Source: Alphaproteobacteria bacterium | GTDB lineage: Bacteria > Pseudomonadota > Alphaproteobacteria > UBA6615 | Direction: 5' to 3' | Length of the DNA: 58,612 nucleotides | NCBI GenBank assembly: GCA_003230015.1 | Contig: QIGO01000199.1 | Coordinates: forward strand, 1-58,612 | Shown here: in pieces, positions 26,581 through 38,403 of the stretch | Layout: every line of letters begins with the position of its first letter | Position numbering within the stretch: the first letter of the stretch is position 1 | Made by a program: the position numbers and the translations under genes | Notes under the pieces: model-generated | The model's input: the letters and a program-made list of their open reading frames with translations, nothing else | The model's database searches: none | What the model was told of the DNA's origin: nothing

Positions 26581-26916
26581 TCAGACGTGAAATGATTCGC
26601 CACAGCCGCAGCGGCCCTTCTCGTTGGGGTTGTTGAAGGTGAAACCTGATTGAAACTGGCTTTCCTGATAGTCCATTTCGGAACCAATGAGAAACATCGT
26701 CGCGGCGGGATCGATGAGAACGCGGACGCCCTTATCTTCGATCACTTCCTCATAGGGCCGCATTTCCTCGGCATACTCAATGATATAGCTCAAACCGGAA
26801 CAGCCACGCGGCTTGATGCCAACGCGCAGGCCGACGACACCGCCATCGGCCCGGCCCATGAGGTCGCGGACACGATCGGCGGCGGCGTCCGTTAACGTGA
26901 TTACTTGCTGTGCCAT
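26581..26916 (-). CDS. sufA: A-type Fe-S cluster carrier (SufA/IscA/ErpA family)
   Basis: HesB-like fold with RGCSG and C-terminal CGCGESF. Confidence 0.85.
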   Translation of the reverse strand: MAQQVITLTDAAADRVRDLMGRADGGVVGLRVGIKPRGCSGLSYIIEYAEEMRPYEEVIEDKGVRVLIDPAATMFLIGSEMDYQESQFQSGFTFNNPNEKGRCGCGESFHV

Positions 26917-26950
26917 TTATTGGCTCCGTTTATGCTACTCATTAAAGCAT

Positions 26951-27364
26951 TCAAAACATGTCTAAAACCAGCCTGGCCTCTTCCGACATCAGGGCCGGTG
27001 TCCAAGTGGGTTCCCAGACCAGGCGAACCTCGACCTCACCGACACCGGCTACCGTGGCGGCGGCATCGGCGACCTGCTGAGGCAAGATGCCGGCCACCGG
27101 ACAAGCCGGCGTGGTTAAGGTCATCGCAATCACAACCGATCCGTCCGCGGCCAAGGTTAGGTCATAAATTAGGCCTAAATCGTAAATGTTCACGGGAATT
27201 TCGGGGTCATGGACAGTCTTTAAGGCGGCGATGACCGCGTCCGGCGTCGCCGGCGCTGCGCCCGAGACCAAGGGGGTGCCGGCGCGGGCGACAAATTCCT
27301 CGCCCGGCGCGGGGGCGCCGGGGATGAAATCCTGCAGGGAGCGGCCGTCATCGAACTGGTTCAT
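26951..27364 (-). CDS. sufT: SUF-associated DUF59 (SufT/PaaD-like) Fe-S assembly protein
   Basis: DUF59 pattern DPEIPVNIYDLGLIY...MTLTTPACPVAG. Confidence 0.8.
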   Translation of the reverse strand: MNQFDDGRSLQDFIPGAPAPGEEFVARAGTPLVSGAAPATPDAVIAALKTVHDPEIPVNIYDLGLIYDLTLAADGSVVIAMTLTTPACPVAGILPQQVADAAATVAGVGEVEVRLVWEPTWTPALMSEEARLVLDMF

Positions 27365-27367
27365 GGT

Positions 27368-27831
27368 CTATTCGGTACTGGCTTCATCCTCGCCGGCAAG
27401 GGCGGCGGATACCGCGTGCCAGGCAAGGGTGGCGCATTTGACGCGCATTGGGTATTCGCGGACGCCGGCTAGTACCTGCAGCTTCTCCAGGGCGCCGCTG
27501 GTCTCGGGATCGGCGGCTTCAGGCTCTTCGTCGGTGGTGCACATGCGGTGAAAGCGCGAGAAAATACGGGCAACCTGGGCCTCCGTCCGGCCGCGTATCA
27601 GTTCCGTCATCATCGAAGCGGAGGCCATGGATATGGCGCAGCCATTGCCCTCGAAAGCCGCGTCGCGGACGATGCCGTCGTCGTCGACCTTGAGATAGAC
27701 GACAAGTTTGTCGCCACAAACGGGGTTGTAACCGCGGGCCTGGCACGTAGCGTCCTCGGGGTGGCGCAAGTTGCGTGGCCGCCGGCCGTGGTCGAGGATG
27801 ACTTCCTGGTAGAGTTCGCGGATCTCGTCGT

Positions 27832-27835
<4 letters not shown>
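27368..27835 (-). CDS. sufU: SufU-type (NifU N-terminal-like) Fe-S scaffold / sulfur acceptor
   Basis: NPVCGD, GNGCAIS and RVKCATL motifs. ATGA overlap with the sufS stop. Confidence 0.85.
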
Positions 27836-29096
<1,261 letters not shown>

Positions 29097-29100
<4 letters not shown>

Positions 29101-30431
29101 GCCGGGGCCCCGAACCGGGTGTCCAACCAGCTTCGCACCAGGGCCATGAAGGATTGCCGCAGGGTTTGATCGGCAATCTCGTTGACGGCTTCGCCGGCAA
29201 ATGCCTCGGTCAACATGCGGCGGGCGGCGGCGGGCGGGATGCCACGGGCGCAAAGATAGAACAGGGCGTCTTCGTCAAGCTCGCCGGCGGTGGCGCCATG
29301 GCTGCATTTGACGTCGTCGGCGTAGATCTCCAGTTCGGGCTTGGCATCGATGCGGGCACCGGGGGCGAGCAGTAAGACCCGATTAAGCTGATGGCCATCG
29401 GTGCGCTGGGCGTGGCGCTTGACCAGTATCTTGCCCTGGAAGACGCCCTTGCCGCCGGCGTCGATGACACCACGGAAATTCTGGCGCGAGAGGCTGTCGG
29501 TGGTGTCGTGGACGATGCGGGTCACATTATCCTGCTGTTGGCCGGCGGCGGCGAGATAGACGCCGTTGACCCGCGCCTCGCCTTGCCGTCCGGTGATGTC
29601 GACATAGGTCTCCTGGCGGGCAAGAAGCGCCCCGCTGTTGAGGGTGAAGGCGTCATACAGGGCGTCCTCACCAAGCGATACCGTGACACTGGCCAAATGG
29701 GTCGCGGCGGGTGTTTCAAGCTGGGCCTTGATGTGACGCAGCCGCGCTTTGGGGGCGAGGCTGATCTCCGTTACCGCGTTGGCAAAATAGGCCGTATCGC
29801 CGAGGCCGGTATGGCTCTCAACCAGGGTCATGGCCGCACCGGCCTCGAGGATCACCAGATGGCGCGGCTGGATGGCGATGGCGCCGGCGCCCGGGGCGGC
29901 GATATTGATGAGGTGGAGAGGTTGGTCGAGCCTTATGCCGGCCGGTAGGCGGACTACCAGACCGTCGCCCATGAAGGCCGCGTTGAGTGCCGCCAGGGCG
30001 TGGCCCTTTGGTGTTGCAAGACGGCCGATATGGGCCTCGATCAGGGCCGGCCGGTGTTCAAGCAAGTGGGCAAGGCTATCGATCAGAACGCCATCAGGAA
30101 GGCCGGAGAGCCGCGACAGCCCTGGATGGTGGTGGCCATTGACGAAGACGATGCTGGGGCCCTGCACAAGCTCGCGCTGCCATGGCGGTAGCGTATCGAC
30201 GGCGGGGGGTGCGGTGAGTTCGGCGGGGGCGAGATCGAGGCCGGCCAGGTGGTCGAGCGGGGTCTTGCGCCAAGCCTCGAGCTTGCGCGTGGGCAAACCC
30301 TCGGCCCGGTAACTTGCCAAGGCTTGGCCGCGCAAGTCGCCCAACCAGGCGAGGCCGCTGCCCGGCAGGCGGGCGGCCGTGGCGGCGTGGCGGTCGGAAA
30401 GCAGCGGGGGGGGCATGGCGTTTTCCAGCAT
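29097..30431 (-). CDS. sufD: Fe-S cluster assembly protein SufD
   Basis: SufD-like beta-helix sequence ending in PELEIYADDVKCSHGATAGELDEDALFYLCARGI. ATG at 30429-30431, 16 nt after the sufC stop. Confidence 0.88.
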
Positions 30432-30447
30432 GGGGCGATCCGGGGGC

Positions 30448-31203
30448 TCAGGCCGCGACTTCAAGGAAACGGGCATAGCCCTTCTCCTCGAGTTCCAGGG
30501 CGAGTTCCTTGCCACCGGAGGCGGCGATGCGCCCGTTGGCAAGGACATGCACATGGTCGGGCACGATATAGTCGAGCAGGCGCTGATAGTGGGTGATGAT
30601 GAGCAAACCACGGTCGGGACCGCGCATGGCGTTGACACCCTCGGCCACGACCTTCAAGGCATCGATGTCGAGACCGGAATCGGTCTCGTCGAGAATAGCC
30701 AACCTGGGCTCCAGGACCGCCATCTGGAGGATCTCAAAACGCTTCTTCTCGCCACCGGAAAAACCGACATTGACGAAGCGGCGCAACATATCGTCGTCGA
30801 TGCCAAGCTTGGCGGCGCGGGCGCGGACGAATTTGAGGAAATCCATGGCGTCCATCTCGGACTCGCCACGGCTGGTCCTGGCCACGTTGAGAGCGGTCTT
30901 GAGGAAGTTCATGCCGGTGACGCCGGGCAACTCCACGGGGTATTGAAAGGCCAAGAAAATGCCGGCGCGGGCGCGTTCGTCGGCGCTCAGCGCCAGGAGA
31001 TCGGCACCGTCGTAACGCACGGTACCGCTCAATACCTCATAACCATCGCGGCCGGCGAGGATGTGGGACAAGGTACTCTTGCCGGAGCCGTTGGGGCCCA
31101 TGATGGCGTGGACCTCGCCGGGATCGATGGCGAGATCGAGACCGGTGAGGATCTCCTTGCCATCCACGGCGGCGCGCAGGCCGGATATCTCAAGCAATGC
31201 CAT
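30448..31203 (-). CDS. sufC: Fe-S cluster assembly ATPase SufC
   Basis: GPNGSGKSTL, FSGGEKKR, AILDETDSGLD. 251 aa. Confidence 0.95.
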   Translation of the reverse strand: MALLEISGLRAAVDGKEILTGLDLAIDPGEVHAIMGPNGSGKSTLSHILAGRDGYEVLSGTVRYDGADLLALSADERARAGIFLAFQYPVELPGVTGMNFLKTALNVARTSRGESEMDAMDFLKFVRARAAKLGIDDDMLRRFVNVGFSGGEKKRFEILQMAVLEPRLAILDETDSGLDIDALKVVAEGVNAMRGPDRGLLIITHYQRLLDYIVPDHVHVLANGRIAASGGKELALELEEKGYARFLEVAA

Positions 31204-31223
31204 AAATCTTGTAAAACCTTCTG

Positions 31224-32675
31224 CTAGCCGACGCTGCCTTCAAGGCTGATGCCGACGAGTTTTTGTGCTTCGACCGCGAATTCCATGGGCAGGGTCTGGA
31301 GGACCTCGCGGCAGAATCCGTTGACGATGAGAGAGACCGCTTCCTCGCTCGTGAGGCCGCGGGCGCGGCAGTAGAATAATTGGTCATCGCTGATGCGGCT
31401 GGTGGTTGCCTCATGCTCGACGCGGGCGGAGGGGTTGGTGGATTCGATGTAGGGGACCGTGTGGGCGCCGGATTGGTCGCCAATCAAGAGACTGTCGCAC
31501 TGGGTGTGGTTGCGGGCGTTGGTGGCACCAGCCTGCATGCGCACAAGACCGCGATAGGTGCTGTCGGAGCGGCCGGCGGCGATGCCCTTGGAGACAATGC
31601 GCGAGGTGGTGTTCTTGCCGATGTGGATCATCTTGGTGCCAGTGTCGGCCTGCTGGCGATTGTTGGTGATGGCGACGGAATAGAATTCGCCGACAGAGTT
31701 GTCGCCCTGCAAAATGCAACTTGGATATTTCCAGGTGATGGCGGAGCCAGTCTCGACCTGGGTCCAGGCGATCTTGGAGTTGCGGCCGCGGCAGGCGCCA
31801 CGCTTGGTGACGAAATTATAGATGCCGCCGCGTCCTTCCTCGTCGCCGGGGTACCAGTTCTGTACCGTCGAATATTTGATCTCCGCGTCGTCGTGGGCGA
31901 TCAGTTCAACGACGGCGGCGTGGAGTTGGTTCTCATCGCGCATGGGGGCCGTGCAGCCTTCGAGATAACTCACATAGGCGCCCTCGTCGGCGACGATCAA
32001 TGTGCGCTCGAACTGGCCGGTGTTGGCCTGATTGATGCGGAAATAGGTACTCAATTCCATCGGGCAGCGGACGCCCTTGGGGATATAAACGAAGGAACCA
32101 TCGGTGAAGACGGCGCTGTTGAGGGTGGCGAAAAAATTGTCCGAATAGGGTACGATCGAGCCGAGGTATTTTTTCACCAACTCCGGGTAGTTGGCCACGG
32201 CTTCGGAGATGGGGCAGAAGATGATGCCCTGCTCTTCGAGCTTGGCCTTGTACGTGGTGGCGACGGAGACACTATCGAACACGGCGTCGACGGCGACACC
32301 GGCGAGAAATTCCTGCTCGCGCAAGGGAATGCCGAGCTTCTCATAGGTCTCGAGCAGTTTGGGGTCGACCTCGTCGAGGGATTTGGGGCCGTCGGTGGTC
32401 TTGGGGGCGGCGTAATAATAGGCGTCCTGATAGTCAATAGGCGGGTAGCCGACCTTGGCCCAGTTGGGCTCCTCCATGGTCAGCCAATGGCGGAACGCCT
32501 TAAGGCGCCAGGCCAGCAACCATTCGGGCTCGGACTTCTTGGCCGAGATGAAACGGATGATGTCTTCATTGAGCCCCTTGGGCGCCAATTCGACCTCGAT
32601 ATCGGTGACAAAACCGTATTTATAGTCGGCGCCGACCGACTGGACCTGCTCAACGGTTTCGATATCTGCGGCCAT
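31224..32675 (-). CDS. sufB: Fe-S cluster assembly scaffold SufB
   Basis: Highly conserved SufB sequence ([38 protein letters not shown]). ATG at 32673-32675 ([10 protein letters not shown]). The upstream 71 codons are rejected. Confidence 0.95.
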   Translation of the reverse strand: MAADIETVEQVQSVGADYKYGFVTDIEVELAPKGLNEDIIRFISAKKSEPEWLLAWRLKAFRHWLTMEEPNWAKVGYPPIDYQDAYYYAAPKTTDGPKSLDEVDPKLLETYEKLGIPLREQEFLAGVAVDAVFDSVSVATTYKAKLEEQGIIFCPISEAVANYPELVKKYLGSIVPYSDNFFATLNSAVFTDGSFVYIPKGVRCPMELSTYFRINQANTGQFERTLIVADEGAYVSYLEGCTAPMRDENQLHAAVVELIAHDDAEIKYSTVQNWYPGDEEGRGGIYNFVTKRGACRGRNSKIAWTQVETGSAITWKYPSCILQGDNSVGEFYSVAITNNRQQADTGTKMIHIGKNTTSRIVSKGIAAGRSDSTYRGLVRMQAGATNARNHTQCDSLLIGDQSGAHTVPYIESTNPSARVEHEATTSRISDDQLFYCRARGLTSEEAVSLIVNGFCREVLQTLPMEFAVEAQKLVGISLEGSVG

Positions 32676-32683
32676 AAGGGCTC

Positions 32684-33901
32684 CTATACACCGCCGGAAG
32701 CGCTGGTGCGCCGGGGCGTTTGGTTTTTCAAATGCTGAACTGTCTCGATCAGGCGACCGGCGGCAAAGTCGGTCTCGGCCTGGGTGGTGAATCTGCCAAA
32801 GCCTATGCGAACCGAGGCGGCGGCAATGGCGTCGTCGAGGCCCAGCGCACGCAGGACGTAAGAAGGCTCGACGCTGGCGGATGTGCAAGCCGAGCCGGTG
32901 GACAGGGCGACATCGTGCAATTGTTCGAGGATGGCCTCGCCATCGACACCTGGGAAGGCGAGGTTGAGGTTGGCGGCGACGCGGTGTTCGGCGTCGCCGT
33001 TGAGTATGACGTCGGGGATAGCCTGCAGGAGGCGGCGATGAAAGTGCTCGCTCAACGCGGCCAGGCGTTTGCTCTCCTCAGCCATCTCGCCGGCGGCCAA
33101 TTCGCAGGCGAGACCGAGGCCGACGCAAGGAGGGGCCGGTAAAGTGCCCGAGCGCAGGCCTCGCTCCTGGCCGCCACCGCTGATCTGGGCAGTTAGCCGG
33201 GCGCGCGGGCGGCGGCGAACATAGAGGGCGCCGATGCCCATGGGGCCGTAGGTTTTGTGGCCGGAAAGACTCAGCAAATCGATGCCCATGGCCTCGACAT
33301 CAAGGGGGATCTTGCCAATGGCCTGGGCGGCGTCGGTGTGAAACAAGATTTTGTGCCGACGGCAGAGGCGGCCGATTTCGGCAAGGGGCTGGATGACGCC
33401 GATCTCGTTGTTGACCGCCATGATGGAGACAAGCGCGGTGGCGTCCTCGATGGCGCCGGCGAGGGTATCGAGATCGATGAGACCGTTGGGCAGCACCGGC
33501 AAGATGGTCACGCGGGTGCCGGCCGCCGCCACCGAACGGGCCGATTCGAGGACGCATTTATGTTCGGTGGCGGCAACAATAATGTGGTCGCCGCCATGGT
33601 CGCGGTGGAACTCAGCCGCCCCTTTGATGGCCAGATTGTTGGCCTCGGTCGCCCCGGAAGTGAAAATAATTTCGCGGGGAGAGGCGCCGATACTGGCCGC
33701 TACCTGGGCACGGGCGGTGGCGACCGCATCGGCGGCTTCGCGGCCATAGGCGTGCTTGGAGTGGGGGTTACCAAAACGCTCGCTAAAATAGGGCAGCATG
33801 GCGTCGAGAATGCGGGGATCGACGGGTGTGGTCGCCTGATGATCGAGGTAGACCGCGGTGACCGGACCGGGTGCGGCCGTGCTGTTATGAACGTTGCTCA
33901 T
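32684..33901 (-). CDS. iscS: Cysteine desulfurase, IscS/NifS type (intact)
   Basis: ATG at 33899-33901 (MSNVHNST). [15 protein letters not shown] site [10 protein letters not shown], catalytic loop [21 protein letters not shown]. 405 aa. It forms the 3' half of the listed 821-aa ORF. Confidence 0.9.
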   Translation of the reverse strand: MSNVHNSTAAPGPVTAVYLDHQATTPVDPRILDAMLPYFSERFGNPHSKHAYGREAADAVATARAQVAASIGASPREIIFTSGATEANNLAIKGAAEFHRDHGGDHIIVAATEHKCVLESARSVAAAGTRVTILPVLPNGLIDLDTLAGAIEDATALVSIMAVNNEIGVIQPLAEIGRLCRRHKILFHTDAAQAIGKIPLDVEAMGIDLLSLSGHKTYGPMGIGALYVRRRPRARLTAQISGGGQERGLRSGTLPAPPCVGLGLACELAAGEMAEESKRLAALSEHFHRRLLQAIPDVILNGDAEHRVAANLNLAFPGVDGEAILEQLHDVALSTGSACTSASVEPSYVLRALGLDDAIAAASVRIGFGRFTTQAETDFAAGRLIETVQHLKNQTPRRTSASGGV

Positions 33902-33908
33902 GATGGCC

Positions 33909-34999
33909 TCAGGCCGCCGGCGCGGCGATTGGGGCATGGCGGCGGCCGGCTTGGCCGATGCCGTGGCTCCAAGCGGCGATGAACCGGTCAATGTCCGCCG
34001 GTACGCTGGCCCAGCCGAGACTGATGCGGATGGCGCCGCGCGCAGCGTCCTCGCCGGCGCCCATGGCCTTGAGAACATGACTGGGCGAAACCTTGCCACT
34101 GGAGCATGCCGAGCCGTTTCGGCAGCGATATCGGGCACCCCAAGGCAGCTGGTATTGCCAAGGCGCGGTGACGTGGCGCCATGGACAATGGTCCCCGGTA
34201 CGGCCAGGCGCGCGCGGGTCTCCAGATCATCACGCAGGGCGGACATTCTGGTGGCCCGGGACAAGCCTTTTTCGGCAAGTCCCGCGGCGACGCCGAAACC
34301 GACGATGCCGGCGACATTCTCGGTCCCGGCGCGGCGTCCGCGTTCCTGTCCGCCGCCGTAAATCTGGCGGACGATGTCGACGCCGGGGGCGAGTATCAGG
34401 GCACCGACGCCCTGGGGACCGCCGATCTTATGGGCGGACAGGGTCAGCATATGGACACCGAGAGCCGGCATGTCGATGGCTATGCGGCCGGCCGCCTGGA
34501 CCGCGTCGCAATGAACCAGGGCACCATATTCACGGGCGAGCTGGGCAATCTCGCGGAGCGGCTGGATGACGCCGGTCTCGTTGTTGGCCAGCATGACCGA
34601 GACCAGGGCGGGACGGTCGTCGCGGGCCAACAGGGCGGCGAGATGGGTGAGGCTGACCCGGCCATCGGTGCGGACCGGCACGGCGATGGCATCGGGCGGC
34701 GCGGCGAGCACGGACTCATGCTCGATCGCCGAGACCAGGATGCGCTCCCTGCCGCAGCCCCGGAGTGCCAGATTGTTGGCCTCGCTGCCGCTGCCGGTAA
34801 AGACGACGCCGGCCGGCCTGGCACCCACCAGAGCGGCCACCGCTTCGCGGGCATCCTCGACCTGAGCGCGCATGAGGCGGCCAAATCCGTGCACCGACGA
34901 CGGGTTGCCGGGATGGGCCATGACTCGGGCGAGCGCGGCGGCGACCTCGGGATGGACCGGGGCGGTGGCGTTATAGTCCAAATAGACGGAAGTGGTCAT
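33909..34999 (-). pseudogene. NifS-like cysteine desulfurase with an internal out-of-frame deletion
   Basis: ATG at 34997-34999 (MTTSVYLDYNATAPV), PLP site SAHKIGGPQG, in frame up to ...CLGVPDIAAET (about nt 34117). The conserved continuation GSACSSGKVSPSHVLKAMGAGEDAARGAIRISLGWASVPADIDRFIAAW is in a different frame and ends at TGA 33909-33911. About 11 residues normally found between these blocks are missing. The span is 1091 nt, not a multiple of 3. Confidence 0.7.
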
Positions 35000-35013
35000 G
35001 ACCGCCTGGCCCT

Positions 35014-35484
35014 CTACTGCGCGGCCACGGTCGTGGGAGCCTGATCGCCAAAAAATAGCTGGCTGGTGCCGAGCACACGGCGTTCGCAGACATCGGCAAG
35101 AGAGACAGAGTTCAAATATAGCTGGATCTGCTTGCCCAACTCTTCCCACAGATCATGGGTCAAGCAGCGGCTGCGGTCGGCCAGGCAACCCTGGGCGGTG
35201 TCGGGCCGGCAGCGGGTGGCCCGCATGGGCTCGTCGACCGCCAGGATGACATCGGCGATGCGGGTCTCGCGCGCCGGGAAACCAAGCAAGTAGCCGCCAC
35301 CGGGACCGCGCACGCTTTGGACAAGGCCGACGCGGCGCAATTTGGCGAAAAGCTGTTCGAGATAGGACAACGAGATTTGCTGACGCTCGGCAATGTCGGC
35401 GAGGACGATGGGGGTCTCGCCGCCATTGAGCGCCAGATCGACCATGGCCATAACGGCATAGCGCCCCTTGGTGCTCAATCTCAT
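35014..35484 (-). CDS. iscR: Rrf2-family Fe-S regulator IscR
   Basis: [18 protein letters not shown], w[24 protein letters not shown], and the three-Cys cluster-ligand region [28 protein letters not shown] overlap with cysE. Confidence 0.88.
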   Translation of the reverse strand: MRLSTKGRYAVMAMVDLALNGGETPIVLADIAERQQISLSYLEQLFAKLRRVGLVQSVRGPGGGYLLGFPARETRIADVILAVDEPMRATRCRPDTAQGCLADRSRCLTHDLWEELGKQIQLYLNSVSLADVCERRVLGTSQLFFGDQAPTTVAAQ

Positions 35485-36263
35485 GAGCCTGTCCCTCGTG
35501 GTGCGCCGCTGTTGCCGGCGCCATCGGCGCTCTGTTCCGGCGTCAAGGCGGCGTCACCGGGCGGCGGCACGGCTTGGGCGGAGGCAAGATCCCGCTCCAA
35601 TTCGCCGACGCGCTGACGCAGCTCACCGACCTGTGCCAGCAAGCCATCAATGGCGCGCGCTATGGGGTCGGGCAGATCGGCGGTGGGGGTGCCATAAGCC
35701 GCGAATGCTCCCGGTTTCGCCTGCGCACGAACCTGAACGGGTTTGGCGGGAACGCCGACCACAGTCGAGGCCTCGGCAACGTCCCTGACGACGACGGCGT
35801 TGGCGCCAACGCGGGCATTGCGGCCAACGGTGATGGGGCCGAGTATCTGCGCGCCGGAACCGGCAATCACGCCATCGGCCAGTGTCGGATGGCGCTTGGT
35901 ATTCTTTTGGTTAACGCTATCCTCCGCGGGTGATATTCCACCCAGGGTCACATCGTGGTAGAGGGTGACGTTATCGCCGATTTCCGCGGTCTCACCAACG
36001 ACGACGCCCATGCCGTGATCAATAACCAAGCCGTCGCCGATCTTGGCAGCGGGATGGATTTCGATGCCGGTGAGAAAACGGGATAGCTGGGAAAATACAC
36101 GGCCGAGGAAGAATAAACGGCGATGCCAAAGCCAATGAGACGCACGGTGCCAGACAACCGCGTGGAATCCGGGATAGGTCAAGGCTACCGTCAGCCGCGA
36201 GTGCGCGGCAGGGTCGCGCTCGATATAGGCATCCAGGTCGCGTAGGAGGCGCTTGAAGCTCAT
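35481..36263 (-). CDS. cysE: Serine O-acetyltransferase with C-terminal extension
   Basis: SAT N-terminal region and hexapeptide repeats ([44 protein letters not shown]). It has a ~70-aa C-terminal tail with a coiled-coil-like segment ([14 protein letters not shown]). Confidence 0.88.
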   Translation of the reverse strand: MSFKRLLRDLDAYIERDPAAHSRLTVALTYPGFHAVVWHRASHWLWHRRLFFLGRVFSQLSRFLTGIEIHPAAKIGDGLVIDHGMGVVVGETAEIGDNVTLYHDVTLGGISPAEDSVNQKNTKRHPTLADGVIAGSGAQILGPITVGRNARVGANAVVVRDVAEASTVVGVPAKPVQVRAQAKPGAFAAYGTPTADLPDPIARAIDGLLAQVGELRQRVGELERDLASAQAVPPPGDAALTPEQSADGAGNSGAPRGTGS

Positions 36264-36339
36264 GGCACCCTATATGCTATACAATCCGGTCGAAAACGGT
36301 TGTTGGAGCCCGCTCCAGTCGCCGCATGGGGTTGAAGGC

Positions 36340-36368
36340 GATATAAGATAACCGACTATAACAGTCAA
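36340..36368 (-). promoter_or_regulatory. Candidate sigma70 promoter of the cysE-iscR-suf operon
   Basis: On the minus strand, TTGACT (36368-36363), a 17-nt spacer, then TATATC (36345-36340). The -35 element and the spacer lie inside the IscR box. Confidence 0.45.
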
Positions 36369-36372
36369 GTAT
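36348..36372 (-). promoter_or_regulatory. IscR type-1 binding site
   Basis: ATAACCGACTATAACAGTCAAGTAT matches 24 of 25 positions of the E. coli type-1 consensus as I recall it (ATASYYGACTRWWWYAGTCRRSTAT). The match holds in either orientation. It lies 85-109 nt upstream of the cysE ATG. Confidence 0.6.
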
Positions 36373-36471
36373 TCGTGGATATATATGAACCCCTGGGACT
36401 TATGAGGGCGACCACTAGCGTAGGAGATTGCCCGGCTTTAGCCGGTCGGCACTGCCAGGCAAAGGAAAGTG

Positions 36472-37113
36472 ATGCCAGAAGTTATTCTTAGCGGCCCGGA
36501 CGGGCGACTGGAAGGCCGCTACCACCACGCAAAGGAGCCTAACGCTCCGATAGCACTGTTTCTGCACCCGCACCCGCAGCATGGCGGGACGATGAACAAC
36601 AAACTCGTGTTCGCGCTCTATCATATATTCGCGCGACGGGGGTTCTCGGTACTGCGCTTCAATTTCCGCGGCGTCGGACGCTCTCAGGGGTCGTTCGACA
36701 GGGGCGAAGGGGAGCTTTCGGATGCGGCCTCGGCGCTGGATTGGATGCAGGGATATAACCCCAACGCCCGCGCCTGCTGGGTCGCCGGGTTTTCGTTCGG
36801 GGCCTGGATCGGCATGCAATTGCTGATGCGGCGGCCGGAAATAAGCGGTTTCATCTCCATTTCACCACCGGCGAATATGTATGATTTCACATTCCTGGCG
36901 CCCTGCCCGGCTTCCGGCTTGATGGTGCACGGCCTGGCCGACGATGTGGTGCCGGAACCTTCGGTCGCCCAGCTGGTGGAGAGGCTGGCAAAACAGCGCA
37001 ACGTGGTCATTACCTACGAGACTATCGAAGGGGCGAACCATTTTTACCAGGACCGGCAGGACGTGCTCCAGCGCAAGGTTCTGGATTATCTGAATACCCG
37101 CGACGATACCTGA
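36472..37113 (+). CDS. Alpha/beta hydrolase fold protein
   Basis: Nucleophile elbow GFSFGA and conserved HPHPQHGG(T)M and GDDVVP-like blocks. ATG 36472 has an AGGA RBS 5 nt upstream. GTG 36469 is the alternative start. Confidence 0.8.
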   Translation: MPEVILSGPDGRLEGRYHHAKEPNAPIALFLHPHPQHGGTMNNKLVFALYHIFARRGFSVLRFNFRGVGRSQGSFDRGEGELSDAASALDWMQGYNPNARACWVAGFSFGAWIGMQLLMRRPEISGFISISPPANMYDFTFLAPCPASGLMVHGLADDVVPEPSVAQLVERLAKQRNVVITYETIEGANHFYQDRQDVLQRKVLDYLNTRDDT

Positions 37114-37142
37114 CCCAATAGCGTCAACGAGAGCCTATCGGC

Positions 37143-38396
37143 ATGACATCGCTGCGCTCCGAGTTCCTGAAGACCGTCAGCGATCGCGGCTTCCTGCACC
37201 AATGCAGCGATATGGAGGCGCTGGACGCACTTGCCGCCGAAAGCATCGTGACAGCCTATATCGGCTTCGACGCTACCGCCGACAGCCTGCATGTGGGCAG
37301 CCTGTTGCCGATCATGATGCTGCGCTGGCTGCAGCGCACGGGGCATCGGCCGATCGTGCTAATGGGCGGCGGAACAACGAAAGTGGGCGACCCATCGGGC
37401 AAGGATGATGCGCGCAAGCTGTTGAGTGAAGAGGAAATCGACAGGAATATCGACCGCATCAAACAGACTTTCGCGCGCTTTTTGACGTTCGGGGAAGGCC
37501 CTACCGACGCCATCATGGCGAACAATGATGACTGGCTGAGCAGCCTGGCCTACATCCCCTTCCTGCGCGACTATGGCCGGCATTTCTCGGTCAACCGAAT
37601 GCTGAGCATGGACAGCGTGAAATTGCGGCTGGACCGCGAGCAGCCGCTCAGTTTCCTGGAATTCAACTATATGGTGCTGCAGGCCTATGACTTCGTGGAG
37701 CTGTCGCGGCGCCATGCCTGCGTGCTGCAGATGGGGGGGTCCGACCAGTGGGGTAATATTATTACCGGCGTCGATCTGGGACGGCGGGCGGCAAATAGAT
37801 CCCTCTATGCGCTAACGACACCGCTGTTGACGACGGCAAGCGGGGCAAAGATGGGCAAAACCGCGGAAGGTGCTGTCTGGCTCAACGAGGACAAACTTAG
37901 CGCCTACGATTATTGGCAATATTGGCGCAATACCGAGGATGGCGATGTGGGCCGCTTCCTGCGCCTGTTTACCGAACTGCCGTTGGATGAGATCGCCAGG
38001 CTGGAGGCCCTCGAGGGCTCGGAGATCAACGAAGCGAAAATCGTCCTGGCCAACGCAGCGACGACGCTGTGCCGTGGTGGCGAAGCAGCGCGCGCGGCAG
38101 CGGAAACGGCGCGCAAGACGTTCGAGCAAGGCGGGACGGGCGATGCGCTGCCCATGGTGGATGTACCGGCAGCCGAGCTTGGCGCGGGTATTCCCATTTA
38201 CGCGTTGATGGCCCGCGCGGGGCTGGTGGGCTCGAACAGCGAAGGCCGCAGGCTGGTTCGCGGCGGCGGTTGCCGGGTCAACGGCAAGGTGGTGGCGGAC
38301 GAAAATACCGCTATCGATACCGGTGCGGTAGACAAGGACGGCGTTATCAAACTGTCCGCGGGCCGTAAACACCACGCCCTGGTGCGGCCAAGCTGA
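37143..38396 (+). CDS. tyrS: Tyrosine--tRNA ligase
   Basis: HIGH-type motif [13 protein letters not shown]-type KMGKT, C-terminal S4 domain ([13 protein letters not shown]). Confidence 0.95.
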   Translation: MTSLRSEFLKTVSDRGFLHQCSDMEALDALAAESIVTAYIGFDATADSLHVGSLLPIMMLRWLQRTGHRPIVLMGGGTTKVGDPSGKDDARKLLSEEEIDRNIDRIKQTFARFLTFGEGPTDAIMANNDDWLSSLAYIPFLRDYGRHFSVNRMLSMDSVKLRLDREQPLSFLEFNYMVLQAYDFVELSRRHACVLQMGGSDQWGNIITGVDLGRRAANRSLYALTTPLLTTASGAKMGKTAEGAVWLNEDKLSAYDYWQYWRNTEDGDVGRFLRLFTELPLDEIARLEALEGSEINEAKIVLANAATTLCRGGEAARAAAETARKTFEQGGTGDALPMVDVPAAELGAGIPIYALMARAGLVGSNSEGRRLVRGGGCRVNGKVVADENTAIDTGAVDKDGVIKLSAGRKHHALVRPS

Positions 38397-38403
38397 CGCA
38401 TTG

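Noticed and set aside
31380-32738. 452-aa plus-strand ORF
   Set aside because: It is antisense to sufB, one of the most conserved genes in the window.
32684-35149. 821-aa ORF as a genuine giant double cysteine desulfurase
   Set aside because: The N-terminal 50 codons overlap the iscR end and are non-homologous. The middle ~70 aa are out-of-frame nonsense, while the true C-terminus of the first enzyme is readable in another frame ending 7 nt before the second gene's ATG. I therefore annotate it as a frameshifted gene plus an intact iscS.
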